From Octopus bimaculoides (taxonomy: Eukaryota): a stretch of 64,000 nt of DNA. Every line of letters begins with the position of its first letter. Within the stretch, counting starts at the first letter, position 1. The stretch spans positions 59,105,395-59,169,394 of the forward strand of contig NC_068988.1 of assembly GCF_001194135.2 (NCBI RefSeq), written 5' to 3'. The position numbers and the translations under genes were made by a program. The notes below the pieces were generated by a model, which had not been told where the DNA came from, searched no databases, and saw nothing but the letters and a program-made list of their open reading frames with translations. Below are positions 41,417 to 54,776 of this stretch, in pieces.

Positions 41417-41506
41417 TAAACGGATCGATGAAGGAACATCTAAAGACGATCGGAAACAGATGTAAGTCGATTTTACTACAATAAAGGAATATATAATAAA
41501 CGTTTA

Positions 41507-41537
<31 letters not shown>

Positions 41538-41683
41538 NNNNNNNNNNNNNNNNNNNNNNNNNNNNNNNNNNNNNNNNNNNNNNNNNNNNNNNNNNNNNNT
41601 ATATATATATATATATATATTCTTAATTGAATGTACAGTCTGACTCAAAAATTCGGGATATAAGCAAGAAAATATTTACTTAC

Positions 41684-41796
41684 CACTCATAAAATTGTAT
41701 ATTATCGGATTTATGGCACTGTTCACGTAACACAGAAGACGAGAGATTAGCGAAAAGATTGATATGGCTTTCAAATTATTCGAAATGTTCGCATAT
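41684..41796 (-). CDS. Same GPCR, internal exon (ECL3 + TM7 with NPxxY)
   Basis: Not in the ORF track; read directly. Acceptor ttaatttattttcag|A and donor AGTG|gtaagt, 113 bp, phase 2 to 1, compatible with both neighbours. Translates (R)YANISNNLKAISIFSLISRLLCYVNSAINPIIYNFMS. Confidence 0.95.
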
Positions 41797-42609
41797 CTGA
41801 AAATAAATTAACGAAGGAAAAAACATAGACATGTTATTGTTATTATTATTTTGGTAGTGGGTAAATCTTAAATGCACAAATTATCAAATGTCAAGATCTT
41901 CGAGATTGGGTTTTAAGAAGAGAGGAAAATGTCCTTAGAGAGATAACATGGCAATAATGATTGCAAGAAAGGAGATTCCGCTAATACTCTGCATGTCGCC
42001 GGTATCTGAGATCAAGTATGTAATGGATTCAAAACAGAAACAATATTTCAGTGGGCACTCGGAGAGTTATCTTCTAGCATGTTTCATTTTGATGAATGTG
42101 GCTGCTTGCAAAGGAGCGGTTAAGTGGAATTGTAAAATCCTAGGCTTTGTGAAAAGTGATGGCACAATATTTAGAAAATTTAATATTTAATTTTTGTATG
42201 ATTAATACTGCAATTTTTGTGTTCATTCATTATTATGACAGGTAGAAATGAAATACATCTTCTGCATAATTATAAGCGTTTATAACCTGAAAATTGTATC
42301 CATCGCCTGTCGTTATAGCCAACAACATACTGGCCATAGCAGTACGCCGTATAATGGAATCAAACTAAACCGAGTATATTGGGCGAGATAGTTTCTTTTG
42401 AACGAGACATCTGACGAGATACATCTACACTGGAGGATGCAACACAACCAATTTTATATAGGATGGGTAGAAATTAGCTAGGCATTAGAAATTGCTTATA
42501 GAATTTTTAATATCATTGTAATCACGACGAAAGTATTTTTTAAACAGACAACACTAATAGGAATTTTTTATATTTTTATTGTCTTATTTCTTATTTCTTA
42601 TATTCCAGA

Positions 42610-42960
42610 CGGCCCGTCGCTTCACTGTCCAGGAGTGAGCTAAGATAGCAGCACGTTTTGAAGTGTGGAATTCCGTTGTTTTGTTTAGAGATGGTGACGT
42701 GCATTTAAAGGTAAGCACGAAACACTACATTCAGAGACAATAAAAAATTGTCATGCAAAGCTGATGACCACAGGTTTGTGAACAATGCAGGAAGTGACCG
42801 ATCAACCATATCCAGACCGGTGGAGGACGTGACAACAGTGCAGGAAATGTTTAATCAGAGTCCGCAAAAATCGGACTAATAAGACACACAATACGTACGG
42901 TGTTGCATAAAGAATTGAATTTCCGTCCGTGAAAACCCCATTACGTGCAGGAGATAAAAC
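42610..42960 (+). mobile_element. Tc1/mariner-superfamily transposase N-terminal fragment, decayed
   Basis: AKIAARFEVWNSVV ... KNCHAKLMTTG ... VQEMFNQSPQKS ... RTVLHKELNFRP*KPHYVQE resembles the HTH region SPxKS..LxLxPYK. Confidence 0.65.
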
Positions 42961-43103
42961 ATGAATAGTGTGACCATAGAAGTCCAGAACTCCAAGAGGT
43001 TCAGATCTCGCTACATGCGATTTTTATCTGTGGAGTTACACAAAGGAGGACGTGTACAAGCAAAACCGCGCACACTGGAGAAGTTGGAGACTATACATAT
43101 TTA

Positions 43104-43140
<37 letters not shown>

Positions 43141-43159
43141 CCGCAGATATATATTCTTT

Positions 43160-43406
43160 CACTCTTTTTATTGTTCCAGTCAGTTGACCGCAGCCATGAT
43201 GGGGTACACCTTTAGTCAAGCAAATTGACTCCAGCAATTATTGCCTGTAAATCTAGTACTTATCCTGTCGCCCTCTTTTGCCGAACCGCTATATCACGGG
43301 GAGGCAAACACGCCAACATCGGTTCTCAAGCGATGCTAGAGGAATAAACATAGACGCACAATCACACGCACACACGCACATACATACATACATACATACA
43401 TACACA

Positions 43407-43455
<49 letters not shown>

Positions 43456-43960
43456 TTGTGTCCGATCATCTGTGTGTGTGTGTGAGAGACAGAGAGAGGG
43501 GCGATAGAGTGCGTGTATGCGTGCGTGAGTGTGGGTGCATTTATGACATTTCCTAGCCATGATTATATCTTTTACCTATATCATTTATCTTTTACTTGTT
43601 TCAGTTATTTGCCGGCGGCCATGCTAGGGCACTACCTAGAAATTTTAATCGAATGTATCCACCCGTTTACAATATATTTTCTAAATCCTACTTCCTACAC
43701 TAGCGGCCTCATTGCCCAACCACTAAGTTACGGGGACGTAAACAGTCCATTACTGCTTGCCAAGCGGTTGTGGTGGGACAAACACAGGCACAAAAACATA
43801 TATAGACACATATATACATATATAAGACGGGCTTTTTTCAGTTTCTGCCTACCAAACTCAGAGCTTTGGTCGCGCCGAGACTTTAGTAGAAGACACTTGT
43901 GTAATGTTCCACTCAGTCGGACATAACGCGGGACAGTGTGGTTCGGAAGCATTTTCTTAC
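43160..43960 (-). mobile_element. Two tandem family A SINE copies (one headless, one near-complete) around compound microsatellites
   Basis: Tail segments at 43160-43345 and 43585-43790; CORE-like segment and head at 43825-43960 (gacgggctttttcagtttc...agaagacacttg). Confidence 0.75.
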
Positions 43961-45439
43961 AACAAAAATATTTATATAATCACTGTAAATTTTACTTATA
44001 CCTAGCGCATCCTACACAGAATTTAACCACTTTTTGAGCCCTTTTGCAGTGTCCTATGCTTGAAATTATAAAATATGACCGAAATTATAAAATATGTACC
44101 ATTTTGACTGTAAATTGATGGTAGTAGATATGTGAAATGGTTTAACTGCTAATTTTAGCAAGTCAATTGAGCGCATAGGAGACCATGAACGGTTCGTTTC
44201 TATTTATTAGCTTAAACGATACAGACGGGCTCTGATGATTTATATAAGACAACCCTCTTCAATGTTATCTTTCCTTTCCCCAATACTCTGAAGTATAAGA
44301 AATGAAATTTGCATCTACATCGAGCAGATAGATGAAGCGACATCGTAGCTGTGACGTCATCCCTTTTGATAGACATGCCGTTTACTTTAGTTGCAACCAT
44401 TATTTCTCTCTGGTATGTGATATAAACAAGAAGTACTGCTATTAAGACGTTGAGTCTAAGCAGTAGAGGACTAGAAACAGAATATATCAATCATCAACAA
44501 GATGAATATACTCAATTGCCCTTTCACATTGTTTATGCAGTAGATCACAAAAATGCCGAGGCGTCGTATAGAAAAGCCGATCATATATATACTGCCCAGT
44601 AATTATTTCCATCTACTATTAAATATAACAGAGATGTGGTTTGTAAGTGAACATCTGATGGAAAACTATTTACGGTGTAGGTAAGTTACTCCTTCAAATA
44701 AAAGGAAGCAATCCACCACTAGTTTTCACAGAGACGCACATGCGTGCATGTAATCATTCATACATAAGAGCACATATAGTTTCCTGTATGCAGATTTTTT
44801 TTTTAAATGCTTTTTATTTCTCCATTATTATTTATGCTTTCGTTCGTTTCTCGAACACGTCAAATGAAATTTTGTGAATGTACAAACAGCTTGTTCATTT
44901 ATAACAGACAGGTGTTTTTTTTGGGGGGCGGGGGTTGTTTAGAAGATAACAATTTTTTTGTATTTTGGGTGAGGTTCTATGACAATGGAGATGGATAGAT
45001 AGAAATATAGGTAGGTAGATAGGATGATAGATAGGTAGATAGTTAGATAGTCAGACACATAGACAGGTAGAGAGAGAAGTTCGATTCCCCTTCCTATTCA
45101 CCATTCATTTATTTATTTCGTTATTTACCATTGTATTGGAATGGATTTAAGGACGATGACTTCTTCAAAAAAACAAAACAAAAAAAAAACAGGTAAGGTG
45201 TCGTTACTGTAAGTCTGTTTCCCTTCTTTCTCTCTTCCCCTTTCTTTCTTTTTCTCCTAATTGAGTTATATTTAGAGTACAAAATGTACTGTCTCCTCTT
45301 CTTTTAAACATTCAATTTTGGAGAGAATGTTTTGACAAAATGTAGTTCTGCATGAATAAAACATTAGTATAATATTTGCAAATAATTTTTTTTTTAAACT
45401 AAGCAAATACAATGAAATATATATATAAATAGACGAATG

Positions 45440-46445
45440 GGACAAGAACGCAAAGCATCCATCAGACGATACAAAGAAAACAAGGACGGGTCATTCGGAG
45501 TTTTCTTTCCTCAATCGAGTTCCAGATTATCTTTGCAATTTCGGCTGGTTATACTCGATATTGCTCCAATCTGGCCAGCCCCAAGGAAAAACCAAGCTGA
45601 GAGTACTAGACTCCTTGGAAGAAAACAGCGAATATATACGAAGACAATTACGAAAAAACGGAGAAATGGTACACAAATACGAATAACAGGACATTAACAA
45701 CGGGTGTATTTCGACTAAGGACGAATTAAATTAAGCTGGCGTGTGTGGAAGTAAAGCCTTATGGCAGGGACATAAGTTTTGACAGACAGAGGGAGGGATA
45801 TAGATGTTGCACGGATGGTAGTCGAACCAAGAAAAAAGTTTAGGCTTCGGCGAACAGCGGTCACGTGGGTTGAGAATAGAGAGAGATAGAGGCAGAGGGA
45901 TAGAAGAATTAAGAGGGGCGCGAAAAAATGAAAGGGACAGAGGGAAGTGAAAGAGGAGGGAAGGTGAGCATGAAGAGAAGCCAGGAAATATGGGAGAGGG
46001 GGAACGAAAGAACGAATGGTGGAATGAACGAAGTGTAAAGGGGCTGATGGAAAGATGGAAAGAATGAAAGAATTGAAAGAATAATAGAGTCCTACAAAAT
46101 TTAATATATACTTATATATAAGAGACCAAAGTATACGTACGCCGCTATATTTTTTTATATATATAAAAATAGAAAAAAAAGGCCAGAACGCAAAACATCC
46201 AGACAGTTAAGTGATACAAAAAAGGGACACCAAAACAACCAGACAGACGATACAAAGAAAACAAGGACGAGTCATTCGGAGTTTTCGTTCCTTAGTCGTT
46301 CGCCCTCTCTCACATTTCTTGGCCTTCACTTCATGCACACCTTCCAGCATCTTTCACTTCACTCTGCCCCTTTCATATTTTCTCGCCCCCTCCTTAATTC
46401 TTCTATCCATCTACCTCTACCACTCTCTCTTCGCTTCCCACGTGN
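45440..46445. repeat. Composite repeat with direct and inverted duplications (Penelope-terminus-like)
   Basis: cagacgatacaaagaaaacaaggacg.gtcattcggagttttc occurs at about 45462-45507 and 46244-46286. The purine-rich block 45862-46015 is inverted at 46290-46444, with a third copy at about 58390-58565. Confidence 0.7.
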
Positions 46446-46886
46446 NNNNNNNNNNNNNNNNNNNNNNNNNNNNNNNNNNNNNNNNNNNNNNNNNNNNNNN
46501 NNNNNNNNNNNNNNNNNNNNNNNNNNNNNNNNNNNNNNNNNNNNNNNNNNNNNNNNNNNNNNNNNNNNNNNNNNNNNNNNNNNNNNNNNNNNNNNNNNNN
46601 NNNNNNNNNNNNNNNNNNNNNNNNNNNNNNNNNNNNNNNNNNNNNNNNNNNNNNNNNNNNNNNNNNNNNNNNNNNNNNNNNNNNNNNNNNNNNNNNNNNN
46701 NNNNNNNNNNNNNNNNNNNNNNNNNNNNNNNNNNNNNNNNNNNNNNNNNNNNNNNNNNNNNNNTTTCGAACAACGAAAAAAAAAAACAGACAAACGGGAC
46801 ATGCAACATAAAGAGTATACCCCTTCGTCAGTTGTCCCTGTTTCATCTACTCCAATTATATACGCTAATCTAGGACTTCCAAATGC

Positions 46887-46924
<38 letters not shown>

Positions 46925-47130
46925 TATGCATATATGTTTAGATGTGTGGAGGAGCTTGGCTTAGAGGTTAGGATGTTGGAATCATAATCGTAAGATTGTA
47001 CGTGAGATTCATGGACCGAGAGATGCGTTATGTTCTGGAGTAAAACATTCTATTTCATGATGCTCGAATCCAGATGGCAAAAGAATTAAAAATTAATACT
47101 CTAATCGACCCGTATCATGACCAGGTAAAA
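46925..47130 (+). mobile_element. Degraded tRNA-headed SINE (related to the 7908 copy)
   Basis: gtggaggagcttggcttagaggttaggatgttggaatcataatcgtaagattg head resembles the 7908 head. Confidence 0.55.
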
Positions 47131-48099
47131 ATATGTATGTCAGAGAAACTTGGAAATCAGCCCCATACCTCTTACGGCATAATGTGGAGTAACGATATAG
47201 ATATATCAAAATGTATGTAGAAGTATACACATTCCTTGTTTTCGTATGGACATCGTCTACCGCCTTATTTCACCTAGTAAACGAGGAAATTGATTTTGCA
47301 ACAAATTTCACCCTGTAATTACAATTCAGTCACATCGTAGATAATTCGAAAATGCACAGGTGATGTTCACATTGCTCTTTTAAAACAATATGTAATTTAA
47401 ATGTATATATATCGGCTGTCTCCTGTGACGATTAAGCCTCTCGAATTCCATTCAGAGGATACAGGTCAACTGGAGGATTTTATATCAAAAACCTGTCCAT
47501 TTTATCATTCATTGAGATCGAGCCTGACATTATGGAAAGCAAAGAACATTTTATCTGTGGATATTATTATTTTGAATTTCAGTGTTTTTATAAAAGATTT
47601 CATAAAAATGAAATTTTATATAAGTAAATTTAACATTAATCAAGCTGTGTTCGATGTAAGGTTACTGAAAAGTCAAAAGAGTGAACGCACATAAATGAAA
47701 TTTGCGAAATACAAATTGTCCAAATCAAGTTTTCCAATTATTTCAGATTGCAATTTCAAAATTGAACTAGAAAATTAGATTTTCATAACACACACTCTTT
47801 CATACTTTTGTAACTATATACATCCACCCTAGTAACTCTCAATGTTTTATCAGTAATGATATACATGTATCTTTCATTGTAATGTAGAAAATTTGGGGCA
47901 CAGCTTGATGGTTTTATTCGAATAAATCGACCTCAGTATCTATAATTTTAAAGCCGGAATTTCTTTCGTCTACATACTATTCGGAAACGTTGAATTGCAT
48001 AAGGAAACATACACCAGATGTCAAGCAGTAGAGTGGAGAGACAAATATAATTACAAAAATGAACACACGCACGTATATACATGTATATTATATTATTTA

Positions 48100-48295
48100 T
48101 TATTTCAGTCATTTGACTGCGGCCATATTGGAGCACCACTTTAAAGTGTGTTAGTCAGAGAAATCTTCCCCAAAACATTCTTTGTAAGCCTCCTACTTAT
48201 TCTATCGGTCCTTTTTGCCAAAGTTACAGGAACATAAGTACATTAGCATCGGTTGTCAAGCGATGGTGAGATGGGGGACAAACAGACATACACAC
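48100..48295 (-). mobile_element. Family A SINE 3' part (head presumably in the N gap)
   Basis: tttcagtcatttgactgcggccatattggagcaccac...catcggttgtcaagcgatgg matches the other family A tails. Confidence 0.75.
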
Positions 48296-48627
48296 ACGTA
48301 AATATATGCATATACATACATACATACATATATATATATNNNNNNNNNNNNNNNNNNNNNNNNNNNNNNNNNNNNNNNNNNNNNNNNNNNNNNNNNNNNN
48401 NNNNNNNNNNNNNNNNNNNNNNNNNNNNNNNNNNNNNNNNNNNNNNNNNNNNNNNNNNNNNNNNNNNNNNNNNNNNNNNNNNNNNNNNNNNNNNNNNNNN
48501 NNNNNNNNNNNNNNNNNNNNNNNNNNNNNNNNNNNNNTGGGGATCAATGGTAGATGTGTCGAATCACTTCTCGTGATTACTAATAAGATCTTGTATATTC
48601 CTTCTTCCGTCTTTCATTTTCTATATG

Positions 48628-48666
<39 letters not shown>

Positions 48667-48754
48667 TATAGTATTTTCTTCCAAGCAGTTTTTCGAGGAA
48701 TTGTTGAAAGTTGTGAGTATGTTTCAAATAAATACTTGTCCGGATGAACCTTAC

Positions 48755-48896
48755 CTGACAATATTGAGAATATGAACTGGCAAATTGCATATTCCAAAGA
48801 CAATGACAACTGTGATCAACATCTTGGCCGCTTTTCGTCTCGTCTGCAGCTGAGCATTAGTGTTTGGGTTTCGATTTTCAGCCATTAATCTGTGGC
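48755..48896 (-). CDS. Orexin/allatotropin receptor-like class A GPCR, internal exon (end of ICL3 + TM6)
   Basis: Acceptor aatattgcag|GC and donor CAG|gtaagg, 142 bp, phase 1 to 2. Translates HRLMAENRNPNTNAQLQTRRKAAKMLITVVIVFGICNLPVHILNIV(R). RRKAAKML..VV.VF.IC.LP..ILN is the TM6 pattern of orexin/allatotropin receptors. Confidence 0.93.
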
Positions 48897-50784
48897 CTGC
48901 AATATTGGATTTTAGATTTATTTTAAACATCAGCAACATTGTAAAAATATTTACCATAATATATATAGCAGCCTCCTGAAACTTACTTAAATAACACTTT
49001 TAAAGAACAGGTTGAAGTGAGTTCCTGCGTGTGTGCGCGAGTACGACTTTCCACAAGGTGTATATGAATGTATACGCATACACAAATATTTACATATAAT
49101 CAGGAATATACACTCAGACACGTTCGAAAATTCACAAACAGATGCACACACACACACACACACACATACATAGCATACAGATACGTGTATTGAAGGAAAT
49201 TTACATTAATAGTATTAAATATTTTACTGTTACATATTTCACTGCACCCCATGTAAATATATATATGCATATGTCAGTGAATATATATATGCATATGTCA
49301 GTGAATATATATANNNNNNNNNNATATATATGCATATGTATGCGAGCACGTGTGTATATGCGGCTGATAGTTTGTTGTTGTGGTTGTTGTTGTAGGTGGT
49401 GACCCCATTTTTGTTGCTCTTGTTGTAATGACTTTTGTTACAGGTGGATGTAGTTGCTGTGGATGATGTAGCTGTTTGTGTTGTGTTTTCTGCACTTGAT
49501 AATCGTTTTGACCTTGTGTTGCTAGTAGTGGCTGCTTTCTGTTAACTTTCATTTTCTGATGTTGTTGGGGGAGCCAGCTTTGAGGAGAGAGTGCTTTCTC
49601 AAATAGTAGTTTCGGGAATATTACCCCTAATTACCACCATCTATTGCTGTCCAGCTGCGATATCTGTTATGGCGGTGAACCTCAGTTTTAACCTGAATTA
49701 AAATATCCAGGCTATCCCTCTTCAATGTCCTTTACGCAATCTTTGTATATCAAGAATCATGAGAGTATTTGCCAAGACTGTTGTGGTGATGTCCTTTTAT
49801 GCCACCAAAACTTATACGATTTACGATGCGAACCAGGCACCCCATCTATCTCCAATTTCCACTGCAGTATCTAAAGTCTGAACAGAATAACAGAATAACA
49901 AGCTGCTTAACGAATCACCTCAAAGCTACCTAGATACCTACCGAAATCAAGTTTCCAGCCCTCACATTCTGGTCCATGGGTAGGTTTCTTAAGTTTCACC
50001 TGTGTTTATGCCTTCTCGACATCGCTATCTATGACAAATACCGAAATATTTCATACATTTGAAAACATATTTAACTCTATATTCAGAACACATATAAGCT
50101 TGAAATTATTAAGGACTGTAAACTTATATGTGACATTTCACAGCAGGGCAAAAACTCATCCGCACACAAAAATACGAATAACTATTCTGCAGTGAGGCTG
50201 CTAGTTATGAGAAACCGCTGCGTAAATGATGAAAGGTACAGGAGTGCATACGTAAACGTCAAGGGCTGACTAGAAGATTACATCATTGTACCTCTCTTCT
50301 CACCTCAGCTCCCTCTATCACATTTTCGTATCCATTTCCGTTTTATGTAGAGAACTGAGTCTGACCGCTAAAGTATGACTATGTCCACTATCCTCTAATT
50401 TCACCGTTAGATCTAGAACAGCAGAAAGCCGACACGCGTAATTTGAAGTAAGTTTCATGCGTATATGTTGGTCAAGTGGATTCCCACTTATGTTTTTATT
50501 AACAAATTGACGATGTATTTCTATGGCTCTTCACATGGTAAGCGTTACTGCATGTCTCGGTCTGAAGACTATAGAGAATACATAAATGAAACTAAGTAGA
50601 GTGGAATGCGAATATAAAATTCTGCAACAATTACTGTGAAGCGCGGAAATGAAAGACGAAGATAAGGAAGATTTGATTGTGGCACAGATCAGAGACTCTT
50701 CTCCAGAATACCCGAAATGCTTATCGTAATCCCGACGAGAGAAATTGCTGAGCATGTGAAGAAAACGAGAAGGCGGCAGCAGCA

Positions 50785-50866
50785 GGAAGAAGAGATGATG
50801 ATGAAGAAGAAGAAGAAGAAGAAGAAGAAGAAGAAGAAGAAGAAGAAGAAGAAGAAGAAGAAGAAG

Positions 50867-50897
<31 letters not shown>

Positions 50898-50945
50898 GAA
50901 AGAAGAGGAGAATAAGGAAGTGGTAAAGAAAAGAAAGAAAAGAAG
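50785..50945. repeat. (GAA)n array
   Basis: Direct inspection; source of the poly-K ORF. Confidence 0.95.
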
Positions 50946-51309
50946 TTTATGGCAATAAAAAATATCTAGCGAAGAATAATGAAAGTTTCATAAAAATAGC
51001 TAAATGTGCGAACAAAGAAGAAAACCATTTCATTTTCACGTAAGCCAGCGGATATAACATAACATCTGAAATGACAGATAGAAGAAATGGGAAAGTAAAA
51101 ACAATAGCAAAAGTTTGAAGAGGTTAAAGATAGGTTACGGAATCCCATGCTGTAGTGATGGCAAGAAAAGTATCAGCATTGCCAATACCTGGAAAAGCTA
51201 AAAACGGTGGAAGTAAACAAAACAGTATAAACAATAAAAACAGCAAAAAAAAACAAACAAAAAGACAAAAAAACAAAAAAACAAAAAACAAAGAAAAACA
51301 TAAAGTTAA

Positions 51310-51580
51310 CACAATGTAGTACTGGGTGAGAAGCGAAGGATTGAAATATGAGACTGAAAGATTCTTCGAAGTAGTACAGAAGGAATATTACATTTAGATG
51401 CATTAAAAACTTCTGTTTTTATGCACAGAAACCAAGCCGATATTCTGAACGAAAAACAGAAATGTGAAGCTATAAACATGATGAGAAAAGATGGGAAAGA
51501 ATAAAAATGTAACAATATTGATGTGATATGCCAATCCACAACGACAGGTAGATGAACATCAATCAACAGGAACTTGGTTA
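51310..51580 (+). mobile_element. Highly decayed R4/Dong-like fragment
   Basis: YWVRSEGLKYETERF and VTIL-CDMPIHNDR*MNIN echo WLxSxGLKxETEGF and LWDMPIHTDR; compare 38790-38840. Confidence 0.5.
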
Positions 51581-54189
51581 AAAATTCTAGTTGCCTTTAA
51601 TCACCCCATTGTAATCCCATATCCCAGAGCGCTAGTTTTTACAAAATTCATATTTTATAAATTAAAAACATAATGTGTAATATAAAAATAAAAACTATAA
51701 TGGCCCTGTTTTTTGTTTCTTAATATGTATTTGCATTAAAATGCGTAATGGAGAGCTTGAAGCAGAAAATCGAAACTAAACAAATATATAAATGTTTTAT
51801 TATACGGGAAAGTCAAGTTAATTTATTACTGAAAATATGAAAAATTGCTTTGTAATTCATCTCTGATTTTAGACTTATCGATATCTACCATGCTACACAC
51901 TCATACATTGGAGTATAAAACTGTATTCATAAAATGTCAGGGACTTTTCCAATTTTTATTCATCCTACTATCTTCTCTCTCTTAGAAGTGAATTTATTAT
52001 GGCTCGTTTCATAAATATTAGCACTGTCTTTGAATTAGTATATAGAAATGTTATCAAAGATTGTCATTTTTACAATATTAACCCTATGGACTGCAACAGA
52101 GTGGACGCCAAAAAATGTACCCCGAAGGTGAGATGGTGTATAATGGATGACAGATTAAGTGCATCGTTCAAGAAATATTAATCCGTCAGGAGTTATACTT
52201 AGTTTCCATCTACCGGAATTTCGTTACAACTCTGTATTTTTTGTCCTGGGATATGATGGGAAATATTTGCACGAAATGCTACACATTGGATCAAAATCCA
52301 CCTATGTGCTAATGAAGATATTTCTGAAGCAGCTGAAAGTAGACTGCTGTATAACATGTTGAAGGGCATGGGGGCAATGAAGAATTTCTTAAGTGAAAAA
52401 AAGAAAACAAATATTAATGATATCATCAACTGTGTATGCTACTTGTATTATGTATAAAGGCTCTATTACAAAAGAAACTGTTTCGTTTCAATCTCCAGTC
52501 TTACGTGATGCGTTTAATTGAAGTAAATGTCATCGCGTTTGTTTATATCTTTACACTACATGAAGCATAAAAATAAAGAATTACTATTTTCCGATAGTGC
52601 TTTGGATTTGCGAAAATGCATGTAAATGTGCATCGAAAGATGATTATGCTTGTTACATAAACTTGGCTGTATGGTTAAAAAGTGCAATTCCTAACTATAT
52701 GCTTTAGAATACGGCCACATATTATTGCATCGTCTATAATCATGGAGGCAGAAAGCGCGTAATATTCCAACGGAAAGAATGAATCTCTAATACAAATGTT
52801 TAATCTTCTGCTCAACATGTACACTATTTAAGACGCTAATTTAGCCTGAAGGTATCATGAATGGACCGTTTGTCTGCTGAAATAATCCAATGTGTAGGTA
52901 GTTCCGTTTGCCTATAAAACAACTGAAATAGAAAACGTGAAATGTGACGAAGATCCATTTATATTTAGTCACTTATATGCATGTTGTATATTTTGGTTTT
53001 ATTGAATGTTTACACAAATGTGTAGAATGAACAAGAACTTTGACATGCCTTGCGTCAAACATAAAGAGATTATCATACTTTTGAAAACAAACTTAGATAT
53101 TCATTTCTAGGAATTCCATTGATCACTAAATATATTTTATAATTATTTTCAGTCAACAATACGTGGAAGCAGGCTGCAGAATATTATATTATTCATCAAC
53201 CTTAGATTAACACAATGGCCTTTATACGAACAATCACGCATAGATGACGTATTAATGAAAAGGTTTTATGCTTTACACAGTCATTGAGTTGCATTACAAT
53301 ACTGATTATTTGCCGCTTTACCATTAATATGAATGTCCATACAGAATACATAATAAACGTATTTCTCTGAATAATTCCACTATGTATTCTACACTATGTT
53401 CATTAAAAGTGCAGTTCACACTAAATTACATCTACTTATATCAGTATTATGTTCCGCATTTCCTTAGTACATCTCCTTTAACAGAATTAGTATTTTCATT
53501 GCTGATAGGATAACTGTAGAGAATATTTGAAATCATTTGTGTGATTACATGACATTTTATCATCTCCGATGTGTTTATACAAGAGCTGCTGAAATAGCGC
53601 GAAGAGCCTATTTTTTTCAGAAATCGAAGACATTATGATGGTAAAAATTGTGGTTTTTTCGTTTAATCATTCTACAGGAATTATCAATGAATTGGCATAA
53701 AATTAGCTGCCACCTACGGTAACATATACTAGGTAACATATACTAGGCTTTCGATAATTGTTTTCAGAGTCTGTGTAGGCTAAAGCTGACATAAAACATC
53801 CAGAGGACCCTTCACACTTGACGCAGGGTCACAATCAGGTGATGATGCATTGACTTAAGAATGACATGGCCGCACTAGAAACTGGTTCAATATTATAAGA
53901 GATGAATGCAAGATAAAGTTTCTTCCTCAAGTTCGCCACTTCCAAGTATTGAATTATCCACCCTCCATAATCAGGAAGTGAATATGTTTACCACTAAACC
54001 TTCATAATATCTTTGAAACCTACTATCGGTTTCAGCAGACAACTTTTTTATGTTTAAATAAAAGATTTGCTGAAGTATTTTCTAATGAACACTTAAATTT
54101 AAAATATAAAACAGTAAGAAAGCAACTGCACTACAGGACCACATCTCAATAACAATATTTTATTTCACTCTTACCGTTATCGTTGCTTT

Positions 54190-54776
<587 letters not shown>

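Noticed and set aside
44630-44680. Possible 49-nt plus-strand exon (acag|...|gtaagt) antisense in the GPCR intron
   Set aside because: Isolated; such splice-like pairs are expected by chance in 64 kb.
52199-52429. Minus ORF with FFIAPM...HHIPG, superficially like GPCR TM5/ICL3
   Set aside because: No continuous hydrophobic helix or Y..I...LW pattern, and no phase-1 GT donor to join the 48896 exon.
49251-53750. Short local tandem duplications (about 26 bp at 49255-49312, 14 bp at 53718-53745; also about 20 bp at 44071-44097)
   Set aside because: Ordinary replication slippage with no further structure.
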